Shown here piece after piece: positions 9,849-19,179 of a stretch of DNA of 64,000 bases. The first letter of the stretch is position 1; the number at the start of each line of letters is the position of its first letter. The notes beneath the pieces are model-generated. The model was not told the origin of the DNA, did not search any database, and saw nothing but the letters and a program-made list of their open reading frames with translations. The stretch is from Acidobacteriaceae bacterium (GTDB lineage: Bacteria > Acidobacteriota > Terriglobia > Terriglobales > Acidobacteriaceae). The stretch lies in contig CBDIAZ010000003.1 in the NCBI GenBank assembly GCA_965276585.1, positions 509,200-573,199 of the forward strand, written 5' to 3'. The position numbers and the translations under genes are program-made.

Positions 9849-12278
9849 TTATTTTTTCTGAACCCGTGTCTTCGTTATTGTCGCGTGGCCCGTCGTTCCA
9901 CTTACCATTATCGCCTGTTCGCGCGAGGCAAACGTCAAAACCTGCCCGGTCACCGTTCCTTGCTCGATATCGACCACTTTGGGCGGGTTCTTTTCATCTC
10001 CGGTCAAAACGAAATGCCCGTCCGCCGTGGTGTACACCAACCGAGTGCCGGTTGCGCTTCGTCCCGGCTGCTGTAGCCGCACGTCCCCGGTGGCGACAAT
10101 GCTTGTAACGGAAGACTGTGCAACATTGTTGCGCTCGCCGGCGGAAGTTTTCGTTTTTTCTGTCCGGCTCACCGGCGAAAGAAAAACGTCCGCGTTCTCC
10201 GCCAACAAAATTCCGTTGGAGCTGACCACCTGAACGTGATGGAGAAAGCTGGCCTTCCGTTCCGCATCCGAATAGACCAGCTGCTGGCTGAGAACACGAA
10301 ACGTAGAGGGGCCAGCCGGCTTCGAGTGGGGCGACGCAGCAGGGGCCGCCTGCCCAACAAAATTGCTGTTCACGCACTCCGCGCAGGACGCATCCCCATA
10401 CGCCTTCAACGTCTGCGTCTTCTGCGACAGCTCAATCACCGGAGCCTCCACCGTATCGCCCCCTTGCCAAAGCCGCGCCCGCCCGGAAAAAATTGCCGTC
10501 TGCGTTGCATGCATCACCGTGGCCTGCTCCGCGATGATGTGCACCGGCTCTTTGCCATCGAGCAGCCCACCGGCGCCCATCGACTGTTTGCCGGTATTAT
10601 CCGAAAGCAGCGTCGCCTGCACCGCGCCCGTAGAAACCATATTCCCCGTCGCGCGCTCCAGTTCCATGCGCTCCGCCGTCATTTCCATTTGCGCATCGCG
10701 AAACACCGGCTCGCCCGTCAGAGTTAGCGTATCGTTCGCCGCAAGATAGCTGGCGCGCTTTGCGGTCGCCGTCGAAATCTGCACCCCGGACGGTCCCATT
10801 TTTTTTGGATTTCCAATCTGCTTCAGGACAACGTGGCCCGTCTGCACCGCAGTGCGAATCGACTGCGCCGCCATCGGATTCTTTCCCTCCGGCTTGGTTG
10901 GCTTCCCTGTCTGACCCGGCGCAAATTCAATCTGCAGCGTATCTCCAGTGCTCGTGTCCACATCGCCGTTCGCCGCAATTGTTTTCAGGCTCGTCTGTCC
11001 GGCTCCGTCGATCTGCTGCAGTTGATTGCTGGCAGCGAATTTCGCATTCAATGTCTGCCCCGCCAGCATCGTCTGCTGCGGCGCGTGTCCAGGCGTCGTA
11101 GCCACCGACGTAAAGGACGCGTTGCCGCTTGCGTTCGCCGACTGCAACTGCGCGTTGCCCGTCTTCGAAGGCAACAGATTCAGAATCAGATGATTCGCCG
11201 CCAGCGTGCGCCGCAGATCGTTTTCGGTGCGACGCAAATTGTTCGCATATGCATTCGCCTGTTGATGCAGCTCAACCGCTCCATCCAGCACAGCCTGTTT
11301 CGCACGTCCGTCCGCATCGAAGCCGATCACTGCGTCGCGCGAATCGCCGAAGATTTTTTCTTCGGGCTGATCGCCGCTAAACTGCACGCCATCGAAAAAA
11401 TGCGCCTGCTGCGGTTGGCTGCGTTCATTCAACGCCACTTGCATTGTCGGCGACTGCACCCGCATGCCGTTCGTGGATGCCAGCCGTACTCCCCCCTGCG
11501 CATCCAGCCGCTCCGCCGATCCGTTCGAGCGCAACAGCACCGTCGCCGTATCCGCACTGCCGCTCTCGATTCCGGATTGATAGCGTGGCTGCGATAAATG
11601 AACCTGCCCTGCGCCCCGATCGTAGATCGCACGCGATGCACGCAGCAACGCCGGCTGGTTTTGCATCAGGGTCGTGAACACCACTTGGGATTCCAGCAGC
11701 AGATGGCCCTGCCTGGAGTCGTACACCGCGCCCACCGCCTGCCCGCTGGAATTCGCCACTTGAAAATCCACTTCGCCGCTGCACGTTGCCACGCCCGTCT
11801 TCTGGTTGAAAATCAAGCCATGCGTGGTGATGTGAATCGTCTGGGGGGTATGATTGCCCGCCGCTCCGGAGCTGCCGTTGATCGCGGGAGCATGCAGCAC
11901 AATATGCGCTTCGCCGTTCGCCTGCACTACCTGGCTATGCGGATCGTATTCAAAACTGTCGCCGGCAATCGTATCAGCCACATTGCTGTTCTGGTGGTAT
12001 AGATCGATCTCGACATTATGCAGCGAAACATGACCGCCGGACTTGAACTCCACCGCGCGTGCCGCATGCAGCGTAAACAGCGGCCGGCCTTTTTCCGATT
12101 TCGATAAAACAAAGCCCTGCGTAGACTGCTGAATCTGGATTCCCAGCCGTGCGGGAAGGTCCTGCGCAATGTGCCGCAGCCGCCACCGGCCATAAAAAAA
12201 CGAGCCGGCAATCGCCAGCACCAGTAGCACGGCCAGCGCCACAATCGCCAGGCGCAGCCTCTCAATCGCCCACAGCAT
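9849..12278 (-). CDS. Membrane-anchored multi-domain LptC/LptA (OstA-like) family LPS-transport protein
   Basis: 809 aa. N-terminal TM helix (LAIVALAVLLVLAIAGSFFY) followed by an LptC-like segment. Then many repeats of the OstA/LptA-type pattern (e.g. IIAEQATVMHATQTAIFSGRARLWQG, ATGTRLVYTTADGHFVLTGD). Occupies the lptC-lptA slot directly upstream of lptB. Confidence 0.75.
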   Translation of the reverse strand: MLWAIERLRLAIVALAVLLVLAIAGSFFYGRWRLRHIAQDLPARLGIQIQQSTQGFVLSKSEKGRPLFTLHAARAVEFKSGGHVSLHNVEIDLYHQNSNVADTIAGDSFEYDPHSQVVQANGEAHIVLHAPAINGSSGAAGNHTPQTIHITTHGLIFNQKTGVATCSGEVDFQVANSSGQAVGAVYDSRQGHLLLESQVVFTTLMQNQPALLRASRAIYDRGAGQVHLSQPRYQSGIESGSADTATVLLRSNGSAERLDAQGGVRLASTNGMRVQSPTMQVALNERSQPQQAHFFDGVQFSGDQPEEKIFGDSRDAVIGFDADGRAKQAVLDGAVELHQQANAYANNLRRTENDLRRTLAANHLILNLLPSKTGNAQLQSANASGNASFTSVATTPGHAPQQTMLAGQTLNAKFAASNQLQQIDGAGQTSLKTIAANGDVDTSTGDTLQIEFAPGQTGKPTKPEGKNPMAAQSIRTAVQTGHVVLKQIGNPKKMGPSGVQISTATAKRASYLAANDTLTLTGEPVFRDAQMEMTAERMELERATGNMVSTGAVQATLLSDNTGKQSMGAGGLLDGKEPVHIIAEQATVMHATQTAIFSGRARLWQGGDTVEAPVIELSQKTQTLKAYGDASCAECVNSNFVGQAAPAASPHSKPAGPSTFRVLSQQLVYSDAERKASFLHHVQVVSSNGILLAENADVFLSPVSRTEKTKTSAGERNNVAQSSVTSIVATGDVRLQQPGRSATGTRLVYTTADGHFVLTGDEKNPPKVVDIEQGTVTGQVLTFASREQAIMVSGTTGHATITKTRVQKK

Positions 12279-12329
12279 GTCTCATCTTCTCACTTCGCGC
12301 CACCTGCTCGAAAACACTACAATGGAGTT

Positions 12330-12941
12330 ATGGCCGACCCGCTCTACTACAGCCTGTGGTTCCCGAATTTCCGCCTCATTACGCTGCCGGAAAAGCTGAC
12401 GCAGGTGATGCTGCAACTGCCCGAGCCGCTGGTTACGGCAGCGTCGGTCTATCCGCTGGATTGGCAGCAGGCCTCCAGTTTTCAGCGCATCTTCAGCACC
12501 CCGGACACCTATCCCGCCGACGCCGTTCCGCCGGAACAGGCCGTCGAAGAGGCCACAGAACTGCTTCACGAAGATTGCGCCTACGAGTTTGAAGTGCCGT
12601 GGAAACTCTGGTATCCCGAAACCGATGGACTGTTCGATCCCATCTGGCACGAAGAACTGCGGCCCATTCGCGTCGTTGGCTTCGGCCCGCTGTTCGACGA
12701 AGGAACCTACGAGCAGAACGGACACATTCGAGTAGAACTCGGACCCGACACGCCATTCCTATGGGAAGATGTGGACTTGGATGAAGATGGCCAGCTCCAT
12801 GTAAAGCAGAACGTCGAAAGACTGGTCGACTTCACCACAGCAATTGAAAAAAACTGCGGCGTAGAAACCCGCCTGCTATGGACAGAAAGCGAAGAAAGCA
12901 TCGCGCAGAAGCTGATCGCCAGATTGCAGAAGCTGAATTAA
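12330..12941 (+). CDS. Hypothetical acidic cytoplasmic protein
   Basis: 203-aa ORF divergent from the lpt operon. No TM segment, signal peptide or motif that I recognise. Non-repetitive amino-acid composition typical of real coding sequence. Confidence 0.6.
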   Translation: MADPLYYSLWFPNFRLITLPEKLTQVMLQLPEPLVTAASVYPLDWQQASSFQRIFSTPDTYPADAVPPEQAVEEATELLHEDCAYEFEVPWKLWYPETDGLFDPIWHEELRPIRVVGFGPLFDEGTYEQNGHIRVELGPDTPFLWEDVDLDEDGQLHVKQNVERLVDFTTAIEKNCGVETRLLWTESEESIAQKLIARLQKLN

Positions 12942-13018
12942 ACCGATTGAGAATTTGAATTAAGTGATGAAGAAGTTGAATTAGGTGATTGAGAATTTGA
13001 ACAAAGTGTTTAAGGAAT
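12933..13018. repeat. AT-rich degenerate tandem repeat, 4 units of 21-22 bp
   Basis: Units CTGAATTAAACCGATTGAGAAT / TTGAATTAAGTGATGAAGAAG / TTGAATTAGGTGATTGAGAAT / TTGAACAAAGTGTTTAAGGAAT. About 30% GC by eye in a ~60% GC window. Starts in the last codons of the 12330-12941 ORF. Confidence 0.8.
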
Positions 13019-13019
13019 T

Positions 13020-13066
13020 GTCATCCCGAGCGTAGCGCAGCGAAGTCGAGGGACCTGCTTTTTGCC
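13020..13066 (+). repeat. Interspersed repeat family 1 (long subtype)
   Basis: GTCATCCCGAGCGTAGCGCAGCGAAGTCGAGGGACCTGCTTTTTGCC. Near-identical motifs at 30579-30622 and 55224-55268. Confidence 0.8.
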
Positions 13067-13088
13067 AACCGCACCAAAATCTGGGTGC

Positions 13089-13120
13089 CCCAGGTCTCGA
13101 TCTTGAGACCTGGGTTTTGT
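13089..13120 (+). terminator. Rho-independent terminator downstream of the 12330-12941 ORF
   Basis: 10-bp stem CCCAGGTCTC / GAGACCTGGG with a 6-nt loop, followed by TTTTGT. Confidence 0.6.
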
Positions 13121-13125
13121 AATAC

Positions 13126-15303
13126 CTAAAACGAAGCCAGCTCTGAAAAATCCGCCGCCCACCGAACGGTGGCTTCTGTCCGCGCCAGCAAAGCCAGTCG
13201 ATTATTCCTCAGTGGAACATCCTCCACCATCACCATCACAGAATCAAAGAAAGCATTTAGCGGAGTTTGCAGTCCGGCAATCGCAGCGATTGCGGCGGCG
13301 TGCTTACCGTCACGATAATTTTTCTGGATCGCCGCATCCGCCTCCGACACCGCGCGCGCCAATTCGATCTCCGCCGGCTCCTTCAGCAACGATTCTATCT
13401 CACTAGACGAGTAAGCAATCTTCTTCTCCCGAGCCTGCCGCAAAATGTTGGATGTTCTCTTCAGCAGTTCCGCGACTGCAACAATGTTTGCCGAGCCAAT
13501 CTGCTCGTTCAAAACCTTTGCAAAATCCGCGACCCTACCAAATCCATAATCAGCACCGATGCGTTCGCCCATTTTCTCATTGGATTTGTCAATTGCAGCA
13601 TCCATCGACGCCGCGAAGGAGTTGCGCACTGCTCTTGTGACATGAAGACGTACGTTACAGGAGTCCTGGAGATAAAACTCGAATCGATCAAGTAAAAAGT
13701 CGTATACATCTCGTGCGCTCTCATCATCGAGTTGACCAACAGCCGCAAATACCATGCTGACCAGATGAAGTCTCGCCCGAATTTCGGCATTCTCAACAAG
13801 AATGCGAATAATTCCATTTCCCGCTCTGCGCAACGCCAGAGGGTCTCTTGAACCGGTCGGTCGAAGTCCAATCTTGAACGTCTCCGCAATCGTGCCAAGT
13901 TTGTCCGCCAGCGCAACAACACATCCAGTGCGCGTTCGGGGGATTACGTCGGACGCAGACACCGGTCTGTATTGATCGTAGATCGCATCGGCGACCTCTT
14001 GGCTTTCGCCTTGGCGCTTCGCATAAAGACCACCCACGATCCCCTGAAGTTCCGTAAACTCCTTTACCATCTCCGTGGTTAGGTCAGCCTTCGCGAGTTC
14101 TGTTGCGTTCCATATAGGGTCATAGAAGGCTGCAATATCGGTGAGAGCTGCCATTCCGATACGGGCCTGTATTCGTTCAGCAATGCCCCGGTTGATCTGC
14201 GTCTTGTCCCAGTAGCTTCCCAAATCCTTATGGAAAGTAACACTTTTCAACATCTCCACGCGATCAACCAGCGGAATCTTCTGATCCACATCCCAGAAAA
14301 ATCTGGCATCGTTGAAGCGTGCCCGCAGAACGCGTTCATTCCCATGCCGAATCACCGCTGCACCAGCGTCATCCACTGCAATATTCAATACCGCCAGAAA
14401 ATTCGGCAGCAATTTCCCGTCTCCATCTTCCAGCGCAAAATATTTTTGATGATCGCGCATCACCGTCACCAGCACTTCGCCAGGCAGATCAAGGTAACTC
14501 GCCTCAAATCCGCCGAGGATCACAGAAGGCCACTCGGTCAAGTGGCTCAATGCATCGACCAGCCCTTCATCCTCGCGCCAGCGAGCGTCGGCAATCTTCC
14601 TCGTCTCCGCATCCAGCGCCTTGCGGATGCGATGCCGCCGCGTCTCCGGGTCCACCTCGACATACGCCGCCCGAAGCTTTTCTGCGTATTCCTGCGGCCT
14701 GCGAATGACCACCGGCGCCGCACCATGCATCACGCGATGGCCATAACTCGCCGCATCCGCCGTTACACCCGCAAACTCCACCGGCAACACCTCTTCGTCC
14801 AGCAGCGCCACCAGCCAGCGCACCGGGCGAACAAATCGTTCCGGCTTCCCCGCACGCCAGTACATATTTTTCGGCCAGTAGATCGCGGCAATCTCCGCCG
14901 GCAGCATCACGGTCAACACCTTCGCCGCACTTCTTCCAGTCCGGCGAACTGTCGCTGTTACATATTCCCCTTTGGCATTTTGAATTGTCGTTAACTCGCC
15001 AATTTCCACGCCGGACTTTTTCGCAAACGCAATTGCAGCCGGGGTCGCCGCACCATTCTTGTAGGCAACGGCAACTGAAGGCCCAACCACCTGCTCCTCC
15101 ATATCGGCCTGTTGCGGCAACAATCCTTCGGCCAGGACAGCCAGACGACGCGGCGTGGAAAAACTCGTCACTGCGAACCCATCCGCAGCCAGCCGCTCGC
15201 GCACAACCAGTTCGCGAAAGCGCTTCGCCAACTCCTCCTGCGCTGCGGGGATCATGCTGGCCGGAATTTCTTCCAATCCAATTTCAAGCAAAAATGCGGG
15301 CAT
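13126..15303 (-). CDS. glyS: Glycine--tRNA ligase beta subunit
   Basis: 725 aa. Characteristic N-terminus MPAFLLEIGLEEIPA. Immediately downstream of glyQ. Confidence 0.95.
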   Translation of the reverse strand: MPAFLLEIGLEEIPASMIPAAQEELAKRFRELVVRERLAADGFAVTSFSTPRRLAVLAEGLLPQQADMEEQVVGPSVAVAYKNGAATPAAIAFAKKSGVEIGELTTIQNAKGEYVTATVRRTGRSAAKVLTVMLPAEIAAIYWPKNMYWRAGKPERFVRPVRWLVALLDEEVLPVEFAGVTADAASYGHRVMHGAAPVVIRRPQEYAEKLRAAYVEVDPETRRHRIRKALDAETRKIADARWREDEGLVDALSHLTEWPSVILGGFEASYLDLPGEVLVTVMRDHQKYFALEDGDGKLLPNFLAVLNIAVDDAGAAVIRHGNERVLRARFNDARFFWDVDQKIPLVDRVEMLKSVTFHKDLGSYWDKTQINRGIAERIQARIGMAALTDIAAFYDPIWNATELAKADLTTEMVKEFTELQGIVGGLYAKRQGESQEVADAIYDQYRPVSASDVIPRTRTGCVVALADKLGTIAETFKIGLRPTGSRDPLALRRAGNGIIRILVENAEIRARLHLVSMVFAAVGQLDDESARDVYDFLLDRFEFYLQDSCNVRLHVTRAVRNSFAASMDAAIDKSNEKMGERIGADYGFGRVADFAKVLNEQIGSANIVAVAELLKRTSNILRQAREKKIAYSSSEIESLLKEPAEIELARAVSEADAAIQKNYRDGKHAAAIAAIAGLQTPLNAFFDSVMVMVEDVPLRNNRLALLARTEATVRWAADFSELASF

Positions 15304-15341
15304 TCGGTTCGCTTTCTAAACTTGTCGTATCAAACTTGGGA

Positions 15342-16310
15342 TTATGCTGCCACCAGCTGAGCCTGCTGCGCCGCGTACGCCTTGGCCACGCCAACAGCCA
15401 ACGCGCGAATCCGCGCAATCACGCCGACACGCTCCGTAACCGAAATCGCTCCGCGCGCATCCAGAAGATTGAACAGGTGTGAGCACTTCAAACATAGGTC
15501 AAACGCAGCCACCAGCGGTACACGACGGCGCGCCTCGGCATCTGCGTCTTCCGGCAGCGCCCGCGCTTCCGCCAGCAGCGCCTGGCACTCTTCCTCATAT
15601 AGTTTGAAGTGCTGCCAGAGCTTCTCCACATCCGCTTTCTCAAAGTTGTAAACGGAAAATTGCAGCTCATCCATCAGCCGCACCTCGCCGTAGGTCACGG
15701 CGCGGCCAGTATCCGGCTCACGCGCCCACACAATGTCGTAAATCGAATCGACATCCTGCAGAAATGCGGCGATGCGCTCCAGTCCATACGTAATCTCGCC
15801 AGTGATCGGATCGAGATCGATCCCACCGCACTGTTGAAAATACGTAAACTGCGTAATTTCCAACCCGTCCAGCATTACCTGCCAGCCGATGCCCCACGCG
15901 CCCAGCGTAGGCGACTCCCAGTTGTCCTCTTCAAACTTCACATCATGCTGGCGCAAATCGATGCCGATCGCCTGCAGCGATTCCAGATAGAGCGCCTGAA
16001 TATCATCCGGCGGCGGCTTCAGAATCACCTGCAGTTGCGTGTGCTTGAACAGCCGGTTCGGATTTTCACCATAGCGACCATCCGCAGGCCTGCGCGATGG
16101 CTGCGCATAGGCGATGCGAAACGGCTTCGGCCCCAGCACCCGCAGAAATGTCTCCGGCGACATCGTCCCCGCGCCCACTTCCACGTCATATGCCTGTTGC
16201 AAAATGCAGCCGCGGCTGGCCCAGAATTGCTGCAACGTAAAAAGCAATTCCTGAAATGTCAGCGGAGCTTTCGCCGAATCCGGCGCAACACTGGAGAAAT
16301 CTACTGCCAC
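15342..16310 (-). CDS. glyQ: Glycine--tRNA ligase alpha subunit
   Basis: Strong identity to the GlyQ core ([49 protein letters not shown]). I place the start at GTG 16310, with a GGGAG SD 10 nt upstream. The track ORF runs to 16502 but that part overlaps recO and is not GlyQ-like. Confidence 0.9.
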   Translation of the reverse strand: MAVDFSSVAPDSAKAPLTFQELLFTLQQFWASRGCILQQAYDVEVGAGTMSPETFLRVLGPKPFRIAYAQPSRRPADGRYGENPNRLFKHTQLQVILKPPPDDIQALYLESLQAIGIDLRQHDVKFEEDNWESPTLGAWGIGWQVMLDGLEITQFTYFQQCGGIDLDPITGEITYGLERIAAFLQDVDSIYDIVWAREPDTGRAVTYGEVRLMDELQFSVYNFEKADVEKLWQHFKLYEEECQALLAEARALPEDADAEARRRVPLVAAFDLCLKCSHLFNLLDARGAISVTERVGVIARIRALAVGVAKAYAAQQAQLVAA

Positions 16311-16390
16311 AATAATTGAACTCCCAAGAAAAATGCGGATGCGCGTTGATCCCGATTGTATCGAATGCGGCGCGATTCTCTGCCGCCACG

Positions 16391-17143
16391 CTATCCACTC
16401 AGCCGCACAATCGCAGCGGCGGCGTTTAATCGCCGCTCGATATGCCGCTCCAGCGTGCGCACCAGAAATCGCCGCAGATCCTGGCCGCGCTGCCGCGGCC
16501 ATACCTCGCTCGCCCCCGCATTCGATAGAGCGCGAATCGGCTCCCGCAACATCCGCTGCGCCAGCACAAGCGCTTCACGCCCAAGCAGGCTGCTATTCGG
16601 CTTCTTATGCCGCGCGCAGCTCAAACCATCGGCCAGCACATGAAAATACGCCGCGTCCGGGAAAGCCTCACCGCATTCCGTACAGCGATCGATCTCCGGC
16701 AGCCATCCAATCAGCCGCGTCATCCACAAAGAAAAATAGGTCAGCGGCATCCAGCAGCAATCCACACGCGTCTGCTCCAGCACCGCCAGCGTCAGCCGAA
16801 AGATCGCATCCTGTGGATCATGTTCGGGCAGCACGCTCTCCAGCACTTCAGCGTAAAAGGCCAACGTAGCGGCGCGAAGATAATCCACCGGCTGCGCCAG
16901 CGGCGAGGCCAGCGCTTCAAATTGTTCGAGGCGCACCAGCTCCTGCCGCGGCCGCTCCGCATACGCCGCGCGCACATAGGTCATCGGCTCCAGCGTGCCG
17001 CCAAAGCGTTTTCTCGACTTCAGTGCCGCCTTGGCCACGCCGCGCACTTTGCCTAAGTCGCGCGTCAGCAGAGAGACCAGCAGGTCCGATTCCTGAAACG
17101 GCCAGGTGCGCAGCACGATCGCTTCACTTTGATGAGGAATCAT
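16391..17143 (-). CDS. recO: DNA repair protein RecO
   Basis: 250 aa. N-terminal OB-fold pattern [34 protein letters not shown] and a Cys-containing central region. recO-glyQ-glyS synteny. Confidence 0.9.
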   Translation of the reverse strand: MIPHQSEAIVLRTWPFQESDLLVSLLTRDLGKVRGVAKAALKSRKRFGGTLEPMTYVRAAYAERPRQELVRLEQFEALASPLAQPVDYLRAATLAFYAEVLESVLPEHDPQDAIFRLTLAVLEQTRVDCCWMPLTYFSLWMTRLIGWLPEIDRCTECGEAFPDAAYFHVLADGLSCARHKKPNSSLLGREALVLAQRMLREPIRALSNAGASEVWPRQRGQDLRRFLVRTLERHIERRLNAAAAIVRLSG

Positions 17144-17330
17144 GACGGGGTACCCATTGAGTTTATAGAACGAGGAGGACAGGAAGGCGCAATCCGCTCC
17201 AAGCCGCCGGCCTTCTGCTCGGGAAAACAGCCGTGCCTAGAAAGACGCGTCCTGGCGCTCAAGCCGGCACGGTTTCAGCCGATAAACAGAGCAAGCAAAA
17301 TCTAAAGATTTTATAAAGGGTTGAATTGCA

Positions 17331-18686
17331 TTGCAAGACGATAAGCGAAAACATTTGCGGTTTCTTGCGGCGTTGGTCTGTGGACTTGCCGGCATTGCCG
17401 GAGCGAGCGCCTGCGGACAATCCACCGGGGCGCTGGCCAATGGGATGAGCGCGGCGGCTGTGGGCCGCGGCAGCACAATGGCAGCCGAACAGGGCGATCC
17501 TCTGGAAGCTGTCCAGGGCAACCCGGCCGGGCTGGCTGGAATCCGCACCCGAGCGCTCGACGTAAGCGGCGTCGCGGTGCTGGCCTCGGGATCGTTCCAA
17601 AACTCCGTAGACAACCACGGCCAACTGCGCCGCTCTGCTGGAGTCATGCCGTATGGGGCCGTTGGAATCCCACTCGGTGCCAGCCGCTGGAGCGCAATGC
17701 TGGCCGTTACCCCGGAGCAGTTGATGCGGGCGGACTGGCGCTACCTCGACCCTCCGGGGACGGCAGGCGCCAGCTATGGACTGCAGACCAACGAATCGGA
17801 GATTGTTGCCGTTCGCTCTTCCGCCGGACTGGCCTGGACGATGGGAAAGAACTGGTCGGCAGGGGCAACCGTGGGGTTGATCTACAACACGAACACATTG
17901 ATTGCCCCCTACATCTTCCAGCGGCAGCCGCAGCTCGCCGGGCTCAAGGTGCTGCTCGATCTCAACACGCGCGGCTTTGGGTGGAACGGAAGCGCCGGCG
18001 CGCAATGGCGGCCCGGCCGCCGAATGCGAGCCGGCGTGGCATGGAAGAGTGCATCCTTCGTGCAGAGCCACGGAGACGCTTCGGGAACGGCGTCGGCCCA
18101 GTTTGCCGCATTGGGGATCGCTGCCGACCCCATCTTCCACTATCTTGCCGAAGTGGACAATGAGTTCCCGCAGTCCGTCGCAGCAGGTTTATCCTGGCAG
18201 GCAAGCCAACGAATGCGGTGGACCTTCGAGGGTGACTGGATCCATTGGGACAGTGCCTTTCAGCAGCTGCATGTGAAGCTGACAGACGGGACCAACACGA
18301 CCATCAATAGCGTGGCGGGATCAAGCTCGGTTGCGGATCAGGTCCCGCTCAACTGGCGCGATCAGGGCGCTATCCATGCGGGCATCGAAGTGCCGGTGGC
18401 GCAACGGTGGACGGCTCGGGCCGGCTACTCCTACATGTCGGACCCGGTGCCCAGCGCAACATTGACGCCACTGACGGCCGCGATCCTGCGCAACACCCTC
18501 GCAGCCGGAGCCGGATGGAACCCTTCCAATGGCCAGGGACGCTGGAGGATCGACCTGGCATATCAGGCACAGCTCCCCGCATCGCAATCGGTGGGACAGA
18601 GTCAGCTTCTGGCCGGAGAATATGACTATAGCCGGGTCCATGTCGCCACACAATCCATAACAGTTACTGCGGGGATGAGATTTTAA
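17331..18686 (+). CDS. Outer membrane transport protein, OmpP1/FadL/TodX family
   Basis: 451 aa with a TTG start. Signal peptide LRFLAALVCGLAGIAGASA. Alternating beta-strand pattern with a C-terminal aromatic residue (...VTAGMRF). Confidence 0.75.
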   Translation: MQDDKRKHLRFLAALVCGLAGIAGASACGQSTGALANGMSAAAVGRGSTMAAEQGDPLEAVQGNPAGLAGIRTRALDVSGVAVLASGSFQNSVDNHGQLRRSAGVMPYGAVGIPLGASRWSAMLAVTPEQLMRADWRYLDPPGTAGASYGLQTNESEIVAVRSSAGLAWTMGKNWSAGATVGLIYNTNTLIAPYIFQRQPQLAGLKVLLDLNTRGFGWNGSAGAQWRPGRRMRAGVAWKSASFVQSHGDASGTASAQFAALGIAADPIFHYLAEVDNEFPQSVAAGLSWQASQRMRWTFEGDWIHWDSAFQQLHVKLTDGTNTTINSVAGSSSVADQVPLNWRDQGAIHAGIEVPVAQRWTARAGYSYMSDPVPSATLTPLTAAILRNTLAAGAGWNPSNGQGRWRIDLAYQAQLPASQSVGQSQLLAGEYDYSRVHVATQSITVTAGMRF

Positions 18687-18794
18687 ACTAGAGGGCTCTG
18701 GTTAGCCGGATCGGATTTTCCGCTGCTACGCACGCGTAATGCTTTAAGAAAATATTCTTTTCAGGGTTTAGATGGATCCGGATATCGCATTCCA

Positions 18795-18830
18795 CAAATA
18801 GAAAAACGCGCAGCCTGAAGGCTGCGCGTT
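18795..18830 (-). terminator. Rho-independent terminator of the ferredoxin gene
   Basis: 11-bp stem AACGCGCAGCC / GGCTGCGCGTT with a 4-nt loop. On the minus strand it is followed by TTTTCTATTT. Confidence 0.7.
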
Positions 18831-18850
18831 CTCGTTCCTTACAACAGAAT

Positions 18851-19111
18851 CTAGCGGCCGAAATGCTGCGCGTTCGTCTGCTCGTAATTCTTCCACTTCT
18901 CCGGAAGATCGTCGGCGGCAAAGATGGCCGAAACGGGGCATACTGGCACGCACGCGCCGCAATCGATGCATTCCACCGGATCGATAAAGATCTGGTCCAG
19001 TTCCGCGAACTGCGGCTCATCTTTTTTGGGATGGATGCAATCTACCGGGCAGGCATCGACGCAGGCAGCGTCCTTGGTGCCGATGCAGGGTTCAGCAATT
19101 ACATAAGCCAT
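18851..19111 (-). CDS. fdxA: 7Fe ferredoxin ([3Fe-4S][4Fe-4S])
   Basis: 86 aa from ATG 19111 (AAGGAG SD upstream). Cluster motifs CIGTKDAACVDACPVDC and CIDCGACVPVCP. The track ORF starts 18 codons further upstream. Confidence 0.9.
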   Translation of the reverse strand: MAYVIAEPCIGTKDAACVDACPVDCIHPKKDEPQFAELDQIFIDPVECIDCGACVPVCPVSAIFAADDLPEKWKNYEQTNAQHFGR

Positions 19112-19179
19112 AAGCCGTTCCGTTTCTCCTTGCTGGGACTTGAGTAGACAACTCGATTGTAGCAAACGAGCCGCGGCTG

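Noticed and set aside
12645-12660. Sigma-54-like promoter motif TGGCACGAAGAACTGC
   Set aside because: The GG-to-GC spacing is one nucleotide too long and the -12 element is CTGC rather than TTGC. It lies inside the 12330-12941 coding region with no downstream gene start.
16311-16502. N-terminal extension of the glyQ track ORF
   Set aside because: It overlaps the recO 3' end and is Ala/Arg-rich, not GlyQ-like. GTG 16310 with a GGGAG SD gives a protein that aligns with the GlyQ N-terminus.
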